In this document: in pieces, positions 37,428 through 46,737 of the stretch
How the letters are laid out: every line of letters begins with the position of its first letter
Position numbering within the stretch: the first letter of the stretch is position 1
NCBI GenBank assembly: GCA_021851525.1
Contig: JAJZDA010000001.1
Span: 3,493-67,492, forward strand
Length of the DNA stretch: 64,000 nucleotides
From: Actinomycetes bacterium
Lineage (GTDB): Bacteria > Actinomycetota > Thermoleophilia > Solirubrobacterales > Solirubrobacteraceae
Direction: 5' to 3'
Notes under the pieces: generated by a model
What the model was told of the DNA's origin: nothing
Databases searched by the model: none
Seen by the model: the letters and a program-made list of their open reading frames with translations, nothing else
Program-made: the position numbers and the translations under genes

Positions 37428-40037
37428 TTAGCGCTCCCAGCCGGGCGAGCGATCGTGTTCTTCTCTGAGACCCAAGTCGCGGTCTGCGTGGCTGGCTATC
37501 TCACGTCGTGCCGCAAGCGGCACTGCAATCGACGGCAGGTCCGGCTCACCCCGCCCAACCCGCTCAGCGAGTCGCTCCATCGGCTCGAGCTCGCCGTCCT
37601 GCAGCACCTCCTCGCTGACATGGATGTCGGTGCGCTCGCGGGCGCGGGTGAGCGCGACGTAGGTTCCCTCGGCGGTGGCGTGGTCGGCGACGATCAGGTG
37701 CGTGGTGTCCGTGGTCACGCCTTGCGCGGGCACGGGGTGTTGCACGTAGGCGAGGCGCAGGTGGGCCCGTTCGGCCTGCTGGCGGTCCATCGCGATGGTG
37801 CGCCCGTCGGCGAGGTTCATTGACAGCCGTCCGGCACGCGGGTCGATCTCGGTGATCGTGGCGGTGGTGCCGTTCCTGACCGGGCCGTGGGGGAGGGTGA
37901 CGGTGTGGCGGATCTGGACCTCGTCGCCGGGGCGCAACTGGTAGGGGCGCCCGGGGAGCTTGAGCGTGTTGTAGCCGAGCTGCCGGTCCCTAGCTCGCAG
38001 CGCTTGCGCGTGGGCGTTGAGCTCATCCAGATGCTCGTTGGAGGTCTGGGTGATCACGAGCGTGCGCTTGCCGTAGGTGCGGTCGCGGTGGGCGGCCTCG
38101 AGCGCGGCGCGCTCCGCCGACGCCTGGTCGGGTGCTTGGTGCAGCCGCCCGCGGGCGGCGTAGCCCTCGAGTGCCTGTTGGTGCTCTCCGTCGCGGCAGC
38201 GGCGCTGGTCACGCCGGTCGTCGGGATCGCGCGCTCTGAGGTTCGTGGTGAGCTCGGCCCGTGACTCCTGGCGGTCGGCCAGCTGCTCGAGCCGTGACCA
38301 CAGGCCAGCGGCGCCGATCGGCTTTGACTGCTGCGGGTCGCCGACGATCAGCAGGTGCGCCCAGTTCTCCTCGACCGTGTCGAGCAGGTTCTGCTGCTCG
38401 CGGGTCGAAGCGAGCGCGGCCTCGTCATGGATCACGGTCGTACGGGAATCGATGTCGAGTTGGCCGGTCGCGATCGCGTGCTGTAGCGCGACGGTCGAGT
38501 AGGCGGGGGTCTCGACGCCAACGGCGGCGAGGTCGGCGGCGAGCCGCTCGGCGGCGACGGCGGCGGTGCTGGTGACGATCACGCGCCGCCCGTCGGTCTG
38601 GTGAGCGAGGGCGACCGCCTGCAGCAGCGTGCTCTTGCCGGTGCCGGCCTGCCCCTCGATCATCACCACCTGGCGGTCGCCGCAGGCGAGCTCGAGCGCC
38701 TCGCGCTGCTCCCCTGAGAGCCTGCCGCCCTGTCGCTTGAGCCGTTCGTCGATGGTCGTGGCGGCCTGGTCGATGAGGTGGCCGGGGATCGGATGCAGTC
38801 GCTCGCGGGTCAGCGACTCGAAGGTCCCGACGGTCAGGCGCTCGAGCGCGCGGTGCCAGCCGGTGGTGTTGCTGCCGTCGGCCAGCCGGATGATCGCGCG
38901 CTCGTCGCGCGCCTGGGCGAGCGCGCCGAGCGCCCGCTCGATCGGCGCCCCCGCCGCCAGCTCGAGCGCGACCGCCCGCGCCTCGCGGTCGCTGAAGGTC
39001 GCGTCGAACTCCGTCAGCCCACGCAGCAGCTCCCGCCGCTCCGGCGGCTCGGGAGCGGCTCTGCTGAGGTTGCGCAGGCTGTTGAGCTCGTGGGTCGTGA
39101 AGCCGGCGCCGGTGGCGGCGGAGTGCCACTCGCGATCGAGGTCGGCGTTAGTGGCAGGCTGTTTGCCCCGCCGGGTGGCGAGCGCCGCGCGGCGCTCGGC
39201 GGCGGCGCCGATTCGCTCGCCACCGGTCTGCTTAAGGCTCTGCCGGATCGCCTCCTGCACCTGATGGTGGCGGCTTGACCACGCGTCGATCAGCTCCTGC
39301 GGCACCCCGGCGATCTCGAAGTAGCGCCCGCCGCGTCCAGTTCCGCGCGTGATCTCGAAACCCAGTGCCGTCAGCTCCCGCGCCAGTTCGGTGCGGTAGG
39401 CGGCGCCCAGCTCGCGCCGGTGAACGAGCCAGGAGCGCGAGTCGATTGCTACGACCCGCTGGTCGTCGCGCACTGCACCGTGCAGCAGCACGTGCGAGTG
39501 CAGCTGCGGATCGGGCACACGCTCACCCACCGCCCGTGCCGTGGTGTGCCGCCAGCTCGTGGCGATGAGCTCCTTGGCCTTGGCGTGGACGACGGTCCCG
39601 CCGTCCGCCCGGTGGCGGACCATCGGCACCTGGCCTGTGGAGTAGCGCAGTGCGCGGTCGATCGCCTGCTCGTGCGCCGCCTCGATCCTGATCCGCAGCT
39701 CGGTGTCGGCGACCGCCCAGATCGCGCTAACAGACTTGGGCGCCGAGAACGTCGCGTCGATCGCCGCCACCGCCTCGCCGGTGGCACCTGTGCGACGCAG
39801 CTGCTCGCCGGTCATTGGATGGCGCACGGCCATCAGTTCGCGCAGCGCCTTGCCGCCGACCGGCCTGAGCGGATCGCAGCCTAGTTGCTGCGCGCCGCTG
39901 ACCCACCGGCCCGGTGCCTCGACCCGCTCCCCGTCCTTGAGGTAGTAGTCGCCGAGCTCCGCCGCCGTAGTCTTGCCCTCGAGGTAGTCGGCATAGCCGG
40001 CTGCCATCCGTCCGGTGACCTTCGCGACGGTCAGCAT
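37428..40037 (-). CDS. mobF: MobF (TrwC-like) relaxase-helicase
   Basis: MLTVAKV...YADY...GDYY, TFSAPKSVS, DPQLHSH (HUH), EGQAGTGKS, YVALTRAR; start ATG 40037. Confidence 0.93.
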   Translation of the reverse strand: MLTVAKVTGRMAAGYADYLEGKTTAAELGDYYLKDGERVEAPGRWVSGAQQLGCDPLRPVGGKALRELMAVRHPMTGEQLRRTGATGEAVAAIDATFSAPKSVSAIWAVADTELRIRIEAAHEQAIDRALRYSTGQVPMVRHRADGGTVVHAKAKELIATSWRHTTARAVGERVPDPQLHSHVLLHGAVRDDQRVVAIDSRSWLVHRRELGAAYRTELARELTALGFEITRGTGRGGRYFEIAGVPQELIDAWSSRHHQVQEAIRQSLKQTGGERIGAAAERRAALATRRGKQPATNADLDREWHSAATGAGFTTHELNSLRNLSRAAPEPPERRELLRGLTEFDATFSDREARAVALELAAGAPIERALGALAQARDERAIIRLADGSNTTGWHRALERLTVGTFESLTRERLHPIPGHLIDQAATTIDERLKRQGGRLSGEQREALELACGDRQVVMIEGQAGTGKSTLLQAVALAHQTDGRRVIVTSTAAVAAERLAADLAAVGVETPAYSTVALQHAIATGQLDIDSRTTVIHDEAALASTREQQNLLDTVEENWAHLLIVGDPQQSKPIGAAGLWSRLEQLADRQESRAELTTNLRARDPDDRRDQRRCRDGEHQQALEGYAARGRLHQAPDQASAERAALEAAHRDRTYGKRTLVITQTSNEHLDELNAHAQALRARDRQLGYNTLKLPGRPYQLRPGDEVQIRHTVTLPHGPVRNGTTATITEIDPRAGRLSMNLADGRTIAMDRQQAERAHLRLAYVQHPVPAQGVTTDTTHLIVADHATAEGTYVALTRARERTDIHVSEEVLQDGELEPMERLAERVGRGEPDLPSIAVPLAARREIASHADRDLGLREEHDRSPGWER

Positions 40038-40202
40038 GCCCTGGCCTCGCCGTCCGAAGCCGTCCGCCGGTTGCCTGCGCTGACCAGTCCGAAGGTCGCC
40101 TGAGCCGGACAACTCTCGAGCCGTCCCAGCCCCCTGCCCAAGAGGACCACACTGTACGCACAGGGAGTGCTTGCCCCAGAGCGTCCCCAAGCGTCCCGCC
40201 GC

Positions 40203-41732
40203 TCAGTGGGCATGAACGACCGCCTCGAAGGGGGATTCACGCGCGTGGATGGGCGTGAGCGTCACCAGCTCCCAGCGGACGCCATCGAGGTGCAGGGCGC
40301 GCCCGACGGGGATGTTGGCGACCTCACCGGGGGAGAGGACGCGGGTGCGTTGGGTCGAGTGGCTGTAGGAGCGCTGTGAGCCGAACCAGTGGTCCGGGAT
40401 CTGCGCCTTGGTCTCGGTGACGACCCTTCGGTCGTACTCGCCGAGCGCGGTCGAGATCGTCTCGAGCGTCCGCTGGTCGGCGACGCCGGGAAGGACCAGC
40501 TTGGTGCCGAACAGGGTCAGAAAGCCGTCGGCGGCCGCGCCCCATCGGCCGCGGGCCTGGCTGAGGTCCTGGAGCACCGCGAGCAGCAGCAGGCCCTGCC
40601 CGCCGCCTTCGGACGCGATCTGGGGGAGCTCGGCGATGGGGGCGACGTTGGCGACCTCGTCGAGCGCGAACAGCACCCGGTGGCCGACAAGGTCGCCTGC
40701 GGCGTGGGCCTGGTAGGTCGCGCGGCGGATCTCGGCGAGCAGCCCGCACACCAGCGGCGCAGCCATGCGCTGGCTCTCCGCCGGCGCATGGATGTAGACG
40801 GTGTCGCCAGAGGCGACGAACTGCCGCGCATCGAAGTTCTGATCCTCGGCGGCATCGAGCGCCGCCTGCGAGGTGTAGGCCTCGAGCGCGTCGGCAGTGG
40901 CGGAGAAGATCGACGAGCGCTCCCGCGCCTCGGTGTTCGCGATGCCGCTGAGCACATCCAGCGCGAGCGGCGTCGTCCCGTGATCGCGCAGCCGGTTGAG
41001 CGGGCCATCGATGTCATGGCTGGTGACCCAGCCGATCACGATGCGCATCGGCGCCTCCGTGACCGCGGCCGCGTGCAGGACCGAGGCAAGCAGTGCCTGC
41101 GCTCGCTTGGCCCAATGGTTGGCCTCGGTGACGCCGGCACCGACGGCGGCGCCGTCGACCATCGCGCGTGCCATCAGCAGCGCACCGTCCCAGTCCTTGG
41201 AACAGGAGAGGGGAGACCAGCGGAGTGTCGCGACCCCCGCCATCTCCTGCGCGTGACCGGTCGGATCGAACTGCCACACGCGCCCGTACGCTGCCCGCGA
41301 GCTCATCGTCGCGCGCAGCACGTCCGGCTTGGTCGAGGTCGAGACGACGGGCCCGGGGTAGTCGAGCAGCGTCGGGATGATCACGCTCGTGGTCTTGCCG
41401 GACTGCGACGGGCCGACCACCAGCACCGCCCGCCCCGGCCGGGACCAGCGCGACCGCCCGGCCTCGCCGCGACCGAGGTAGACGGCGGACGGGGGCAAGG
41501 CCGGCGAGTCGTCCGGCGGGCCAGCGGGCCCGCCCGACAGGAATGCGCGCAGCCGGGGCAGGAGATGGAAGCGGCGGTTGAGCCGCACACACCCGTAGAA
41601 CAGCCCCGCCCAAAGCAGCAGGTGAAAGACGGTAGATGAGACCATCGCGGCAGCGAACAGGACCCCACCGACCGTCTTCTTGGGACCCAGTCCGGGAGCG
41701 GGTTGTTGGTGTGAGGGACCCCAGTCGTTCAT
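40203..41732 (-). CDS. Type IV coupling protein (VirD4/TraG-like)
   Basis: N-terminal TM helix, VVGPSQSGKT Walker A, STSTKPD, FALDEVAN Walker B, VLQDLSQ. Confidence 0.88.
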   Translation of the reverse strand: MNDWGPSHQQPAPGLGPKKTVGGVLFAAAMVSSTVFHLLLWAGLFYGCVRLNRRFHLLPRLRAFLSGGPAGPPDDSPALPPSAVYLGRGEAGRSRWSRPGRAVLVVGPSQSGKTTSVIIPTLLDYPGPVVSTSTKPDVLRATMSSRAAYGRVWQFDPTGHAQEMAGVATLRWSPLSCSKDWDGALLMARAMVDGAAVGAGVTEANHWAKRAQALLASVLHAAAVTEAPMRIVIGWVTSHDIDGPLNRLRDHGTTPLALDVLSGIANTEARERSSIFSATADALEAYTSQAALDAAEDQNFDARQFVASGDTVYIHAPAESQRMAAPLVCGLLAEIRRATYQAHAAGDLVGHRVLFALDEVANVAPIAELPQIASEGGGQGLLLLAVLQDLSQARGRWGAAADGFLTLFGTKLVLPGVADQRTLETISTALGEYDRRVVTETKAQIPDHWFGSQRSYSHSTQRTRVLSPGEVANIPVGRALHLDGVRWELVTLTPIHARESPFEAVVHAH

Positions 41733-41953
41733 CGCTCGCTCCCATCGAGCAACGCCTCGAGCTGTGGGCGCAGGAACCTGTAGGTGCGTCCGACGCGCGA
41801 GTGGGGGAGCCGCCCCTGGCGCGCGAGGTAGTAGACGGTGGAGACCGGGATCGCGAGCAGGTCGGCGACCTCGCTGACGGTCATCACCTCAGCTCGGGTG
41901 AGTCCATGGTGAACGCCGGCCCGCGTTGGTGGGGGTACATGTGTGGTTTGCAT
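41729..41953 (-). CDS. Excisionase-like HTH DNA-binding protein
   Basis: VMTVSEVADLLAIPVSTVYYLARQGRLPHSRVGRTYRF (HTH_17/Xis pattern); ATGA overlap with the T4CP gene. Confidence 0.85.
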   Translation of the reverse strand: MQTTHVPPPTRAGVHHGLTRAEVMTVSEVADLLAIPVSTVYYLARQGRLPHSRVGRTYRFLRPQLEALLDGSER

Positions 41954-41967
41954 GCCCACACCGTGAA

Positions 41968-42066
41968 GGGACGCGTGGGACGTCTCTACCACGCTTGGGG
42001 ACGCTTGCCGGGACTCTTGGGGACGCTCGGGGACGGCCCGGGACGTCTCGGGGACGGAAGGGGACG
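41968..42066. promoter_or_regulatory. Phased GGGAC(G/T) array between divergent xis and XRE genes
   Basis: Nine copies, at 41968, 41977, 41998, 42010, 42020, 42030, 42040, 42051 and 42061. Confidence 0.8.
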
Positions 42067-42125
42067 CTCCGCCGACTTCTTTAGAGTTTCAGCCGCAAAC
42101 GCGTCGATTGCGGGGAGACGTCCAC

Positions 42126-42866
42126 GTGGGGAACGAGCAGCTCAGGCAAGCCCTCAGAAACGCCGGCCTCGAGGTCGACGATCTCGCCGTCAAGGCAGAG
42201 GTCGACGTCAAGACTGTGCGCAGATGGGTCGCTGGGCGCACGCCTCGCGCGCGCTACCGGCGTCGCGTCGCCGACGCGCTCGGCGTCTCCGAGCGGGTGC
42301 TCTGGCCGGACGAGGTACCCGATGAGGAGCAGGTCGACGACGCGACGTCCGAGGCGTTCGAGCTGCTTGCGGCACGGGACGCACCCGACTGGAGAGAGCT
42401 TCTGGCAGAGGCCCATGAGCGTGCCTGGCTGCTCGACCTCACGCTCGGCGACGTTCTCACTGACGGGGATGATCAGCTGCTCGCCGATGCCGCCAGCCTC
42501 GGCTGCAGCGTGCGGGTGCTGATCAGCGACCCCGACTCGGTACACCTCGCGATCGCCGAGCAGGACGCTGGCCGCCATGTGAACCTTGCCGACAGGCCCG
42601 CGTCCGTGCGTGAGCTTGACCGTGTCGTCGAGCTGCTCGCGCCGCACGCCGAGCAGGGCGAGGTCGAGCTTCGCAAGTTCGTCGACGCGGGGGCATACCG
42701 AGTCCTCATCTTCGACGACCAGGCGCTTGTGCGCCTGCGTCTCTCGGGTGTAGCCGCCGACGCGAACCCGGTCCTGTACCTCGCACGCGACGGCAACGGT
42801 GAGATCTTCGAGAGCTTCAGCCAGCACTTCCAGACGGTCTGGCAGCGCAGCGAGCCGCTGCGCTGA
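42126..42866 (+). CDS. XRE family regulator with C-terminal DUF5919/PLD-like domain
   Basis: NEQLRQAL...VDVKTVRRWVAGRTP HTH; VRVLISDP and YRVLIFDD in the C-terminal part; start GTG 42126. Confidence 0.82.
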   Translation: MGNEQLRQALRNAGLEVDDLAVKAEVDVKTVRRWVAGRTPRARYRRRVADALGVSERVLWPDEVPDEEQVDDATSEAFELLAARDAPDWRELLAEAHERAWLLDLTLGDVLTDGDDQLLADAASLGCSVRVLISDPDSVHLAIAEQDAGRHVNLADRPASVRELDRVVELLAPHAEQGEVELRKFVDAGAYRVLIFDDQALVRLRLSGVAADANPVLYLARDGNGEIFESFSQHFQTVWQRSEPLR

Positions 42867-42867
42867 G

Positions 42868-44040
42868 TCACCGCTCGGCGACGGCCACGAGCTGCCGATA
42901 GCCCGCGAGGTCGATTGTCGGTGACGGCGCCGGAGCGCCGCCGACTCGCCCGGATCCCTGCTCGGTGATCAGGTAGGCGGTTGGCGAGTCGACGTGCAAC
43001 CGGATCCGCGAGACCAGGCCCCGCTCGCGCAGCCGCTCGAGCTGCTCGGTCGCCTCCGCCTCGCTCGCCCCGAGCAGCCGTGCGGCATGCTCCGCGACCA
43101 CGAGCTCGCGAGTGGCCATGAACGCAAGCAGATCCGGACGCGGCGCGCCGCTCACCGGCTCGCCGCCCGCGAGGGGGAACTCTGCCGGTGAGGCAGCGCG
43201 TGCCTCGGGCAAAGGGGCCACCGCCCTGACGTCGGCCAACGCTGGATGCTCGCGAAGCCCGTCGGCCCCGTACAGCGCCCACACGATGATCACCATGATC
43301 TGCGTGCTCACTGGCCCGGCCAGACAGAGCGGCGCGGTGCCCGGGTACTCCACGATTAACTCGCGTCTATTCGGGCCCGTCTGGATAGAGGTCGCCTCCG
43401 CATGGGCGAAGTTGACCCAGCTCTTCGATTGCGGCTGACAAAGCAGCCGCCGGTCGGTGACCACGACGCGACACTGCTGCTGATCTCGCCAGCGCGCCGC
43501 CGCCGCCACTGCCGGGCTCTGCGCGCGTCCGCGGGTGCCGGAATGCGTGATCTGCTGGTTGAGCATTGCCTCGCGAGAGCCGTCGTTGCCGGCACGCGGC
43601 CCGAGACCGTAGTAGCGGGAGTAGCCGGCCGTGCCCTCAAACAGGACCTGCTCGCCTGGCTGGAGCACGGCATCCCATACGCGTCCGACTGCCGGTGGCT
43701 CACCGGCCAGCAGCTGCACTGCCAGTCGCCTTGCCTTCGTCACGTCCTCGGCTGCAAGGCGTCGACCGGTCTCCTGCCGGTGGTCGAACTCGCCCCTGCG
43801 GCGAGCCTTGTTGAAGCTGCGGATCGCGAACATCAGCAACATGACGGCGATTGCCCACAAGCCGAGTGCTATGCCGCCCCAGAGGAGCACCGTGTGCTTG
43901 GGGAGCTTCGACGGGTTGCCCGACTTGTTGATCACCTCGCCCACCGTGCCGCATACGAGTGCGGCGATGAGCAGCACCCATGCGGCCCGGTAGGACCCCT
44001 GCCTCGCGTTGCGCCCTTCGCTCACCGAACTCACCGGCAT
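42868..44040 (-). CDS. Membrane protein with cytoplasmic PH-like region and C-terminal wHTH
   Basis: Two TM helices, LQPGEQVLF...VVVTDRRLL segment, ARLLG...QLERLRERGLVSR wHTH; start ATG 44040. Confidence 0.65.
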   Translation of the reverse strand: MPVSSVSEGRNARQGSYRAAWVLLIAALVCGTVGEVINKSGNPSKLPKHTVLLWGGIALGLWAIAVMLLMFAIRSFNKARRRGEFDHRQETGRRLAAEDVTKARRLAVQLLAGEPPAVGRVWDAVLQPGEQVLFEGTAGYSRYYGLGPRAGNDGSREAMLNQQITHSGTRGRAQSPAVAAAARWRDQQQCRVVVTDRRLLCQPQSKSWVNFAHAEATSIQTGPNRRELIVEYPGTAPLCLAGPVSTQIMVIIVWALYGADGLREHPALADVRAVAPLPEARAASPAEFPLAGGEPVSGAPRPDLLAFMATRELVVAEHAARLLGASEAEATEQLERLRERGLVSRIRLHVDSPTAYLITEQGSGRVGGAPAPSPTIDLAGYRQLVAVAER

Positions 44041-44235
44041 CACCCGCCGCTCCGCCCGATTGACAGCTGCCGCAAGCCTACGGGAGTCGACGCTCTCAGA
44101 ACCGGCTCGGGGGCCACAGATTGCTGCGGCGAGTGACCGATGTCGTCGAATGAGTCGGGTCCGCTCCGGAAAGTAGGATCGCGCGAACAGTCGCGCCAGC
44201 GGCGGTGCGGCGCTGCCCACAGGAGACGGAGACTC

Positions 44236-44583
44236 ATGGAGTCCAAGGGGTTTTTCGGGTCGCTCTTCGACATGTCGTTCAGCTCGCTGGTGACGCCCAA
44301 GATCATCAAGGTCATCTACGTGCTGACACTGATCGCCATCGCGCTGCTGGCGATCCTCTTCACCATCAGCGCGTTCAGCACCAGCTCCGGCCTTGGCGCG
44401 GTGACTCTGCTGATCATCGCCCCGATCCTCTCGCTCTTCTACATCGTTTACGCCCGTGTGTTTCTCGAGTTCTTTATCGCCATCTTCCGTGTCGCGGAGA
44501 CCAACGCCGAGCTCGTCTCGCTCAAGCGCATCGAGATGGGGTTGGACGTGCCGCCGCCGGCAGAGCCGGTGGCCGAGGCATGA
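44236..44583 (+). CDS. DUF4282 family membrane protein
   Basis: FFGSLFDMSFSSLVTPKIIKVIY...RVFLEFFIAIFRVAE pattern. Confidence 0.85.
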   Translation: MESKGFFGSLFDMSFSSLVTPKIIKVIYVLTLIAIALLAILFTISAFSTSSGLGAVTLLIIAPILSLFYIVYARVFLEFFIAIFRVAETNAELVSLKRIEMGLDVPPPAEPVAEA

Positions 44584-44775
44584 GCTAGAGGCTCGCTGAC
44601 CAAAACCCTCCAGACGGCCAGCTGCATGGAACCCCTACCGTTGCAAGTTGTTCAGATGGCTGGAAGACCCGGGCGCTCGAAGATGCGCGGCCCGAGCGCC
44701 CGGGTGCGGCGGGCGCTCTGAGCCATATGCACTCGGTGGCCGCGTCCTGACCACATGTCGGGTTAGGCTGAACCC

Positions 44776-45120
44776 GTGGTACGAGTTCTATATGCCGATC
44801 AGGCCGACACGGCCAAGCCGGTACTCGACATCGCACTTAGCGAGCGCAACCTCCTCGTCCTGCTCACAAAGCTGTACACGCCGGGCTCCGCGTGCACCAT
44901 CCAGTCCGGTGATGTGCCTGACGACTTCGGTTATGCGCAGATCCGCGTAGAGCCGGACGACTACCACTACCAGTTCCCGACTCGCGACGGTGCTGCCGCC
45001 GGAGCGATGCACCCCTTTTCCGAGGCCGTTGCTGCGGCAATCAAGATGGCTCTTCAGCAGGACGCCAGCGTTCTAACCGAAGACGAAGGTTCGCGTTCGT
45101 CCAGCGCCGCCGAGGATTAG
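44776..45120 (+). CDS. Hypothetical protein (114 aa)
   Basis: Globular-looking composition, no overlap with neighbouring genes. Confidence 0.55.
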   Translation: MVRVLYADQADTAKPVLDIALSERNLLVLLTKLYTPGSACTIQSGDVPDDFGYAQIRVEPDDYHYQFPTRDGAAAGAMHPFSEAVAAAIKMALQQDASVLTEDEGSRSSSAAED

Positions 45121-45154
45121 CAGCGTCCCCGGCACGCTGAGAGGCTGCCCGTGC

Positions 45155-45230
45155 GCATCGTGCTAATCATGCAATAATCGTGCTAATCGCATACGGTTTT
45201 AGCACGATATTTACGGGATTAGCACGATGC
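45155..45230. promoter_or_regulatory. Four-box operator (ATCGTGCTAAT x2 forward, x2 reverse) overlapping the fic start
   Basis: Boxes at 45157, 45177 (forward) and 45198, 45218 (reverse); outer 14-bp perfect inverted repeat gcatcgtgctaatc / gattagcacgatgc. Confidence 0.8.
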
Positions 45231-46270
45231 GGAGCTTCAGCAATCTGGACGCCACTTTTGCAGGCCAGCCCCGGGAGCTAGGACCGCTGCTCGCGCGGAT
45301 CGATACCGGCCGCGGGCGAGAGCAGTTGTTCCGGGACCAGATCCCTGAGGTTCTACGCAACCTGTCCGAGAGCGCGAGGATCGCGTCGATTACGGCATCG
45401 AACGCGATCGAAGGAGTGATCGTTGACAGCGAGCGAGCAATCAAGATCGCCGAGGGCGCGCCTCGGTTCCGGAATCGCAACGAGAAGGAATTCGCCGGCT
45501 ATCGGGATGCCATCGACAACCTCATGCGGCTCGATCGGTATGAGCCGGTCAGCATTCCGTTCGTGCTGCATCTCCATCGGCAGCTTTTTCAACATGCAGG
45601 TGGGCGTGGGGGCTACCTGAAAGCAGATCCCAACTACATCGTGTCCTACGAGAGCGGGCAGCGCGAGGTTGTCTTCGCACCTCCTCCGCCTGAGGAGACT
45701 GAGTTTCTCCTGAGGGAACTCTTCGAGCGCTACAGCGCTGCGCAAAGGGACGAGCTCGCGCACCCCCTGGTGCTCATCGCCGCCCTAATCCTCGACTTCC
45801 TCGCGATCCACCCTGTGGCTGATGGCAACGGGCGTCTCGCGCGCCTCCTCACGACGTATGAACTTCTCGCGCACGGATACGGCGTTGCGAAGTACGTGAG
45901 CCTGGAACAACGGATCTACGACTCGAAGAACACGTATTACCAGCGTCTGTTCGAGTCTCAACAGGGGTGGCACAGCAGCGAGCACACGATCTGGCCATGG
46001 GTTTCATACCTTGCCAGCATCCTGTCGGTTGCATACGACGACTTCGAAGCAAGTGTTGCCGCCGCACGCGACACCGTCGGGAACAAGCAGCAGCGGGTCC
46101 GCAAATACATTCTTGAACAGGCGCCACCTGAGTTTCGTCGCCGCGACATCGAGCGAGCGCTCGCCGGGGTGAGCGCCGCCACCATCCGGCTAGTACTCAA
46201 TGAGCTGCGCGATGAAGGGCGAATCTCTGTGGACGGTGGTGGTGCGGGTGCCCGTTGGCGCCGCAACTAG
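45227..46270 (+). CDS. Fic family protein (class II-like) with C-terminal HTH
   Basis: HPVADGNGRLAR Fic motif; N-terminal SNAIEG inhibitory motif; RRRDIERAL...TIRLVLNELRDEG wHTH. Confidence 0.92.
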   Translation: MRSFSNLDATFAGQPRELGPLLARIDTGRGREQLFRDQIPEVLRNLSESARIASITASNAIEGVIVDSERAIKIAEGAPRFRNRNEKEFAGYRDAIDNLMRLDRYEPVSIPFVLHLHRQLFQHAGGRGGYLKADPNYIVSYESGQREVVFAPPPPEETEFLLRELFERYSAAQRDELAHPLVLIAALILDFLAIHPVADGNGRLARLLTTYELLAHGYGVAKYVSLEQRIYDSKNTYYQRLFESQQGWHSSEHTIWPWVSYLASILSVAYDDFEASVAAARDTVGNKQQRVRKYILEQAPPEFRRRDIERALAGVSAATIRLVLNELRDEGRISVDGGGAGARWRRN

Positions 46271-46413
46271 CCAGGCCCGGCGGTCGCAACGCTCACCAAG
46301 GCCGAGCCGCCACCAACCCGACGACGAGCCGGGAACGGTTACACCACGACAGACGACTTGACTCGACACGGCGCTCGTCCGCTCGGGCTCGTCTAGTAGA
46401 ACGGACGGATCGC

Positions 46414-46638
46414 TCAGCCGCTCTCGAGGGTGCTCTGCGATGCAAGCGCGCGCTCGACCCTGCTCCAGTGCTCGAGTGAGACGACCACGGCACGCATGCG
46501 ATTGCGCTGGGTGAGCACGAGCTTTTCCACTTCCCCGTCCTCGAGCTCCGTGAGCAGGGAGCCGAGGTCGCGCATCGCCTCGCGGACCGTGCGCAGTTCG
46601 TCGGGGCGGATGCGGATCGAAGGGCTCTCATCAGTCAT
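46414..46638 (-). CDS. Small Phd/YefM-like antitoxin-fold protein
   Basis: VREAMRDLGSLL...GEVEKLVLTQRNRMRAVVVSLEHW resembles the Phd pattern; ATG 46638. Confidence 0.6.
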   Translation of the reverse strand: MTDESPSIRIRPDELRTVREAMRDLGSLLTELEDGEVEKLVLTQRNRMRAVVVSLEHWSRVERALASQSTLESG

Positions 46639-46737
46639 GGCGGCAAAACGTAGACGAGAGTTCGGACAGCTGGCGACGGAATGTCGACAGTTCCGCGACG
46701 TTGGTCCGTCCGCCGGCTTTGCCACCGTGTGCACAGG

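Noticed and set aside
41968-42066. CRISPR interpretation of the GGGAC array or of the 45155-45230 boxes
   Set aside because: Units are 6-11 bp with 10-20 bp periods, far too short for repeat-spacer arrays; no cas1/cas2; the Cas4-like gene is not in a cas operon.
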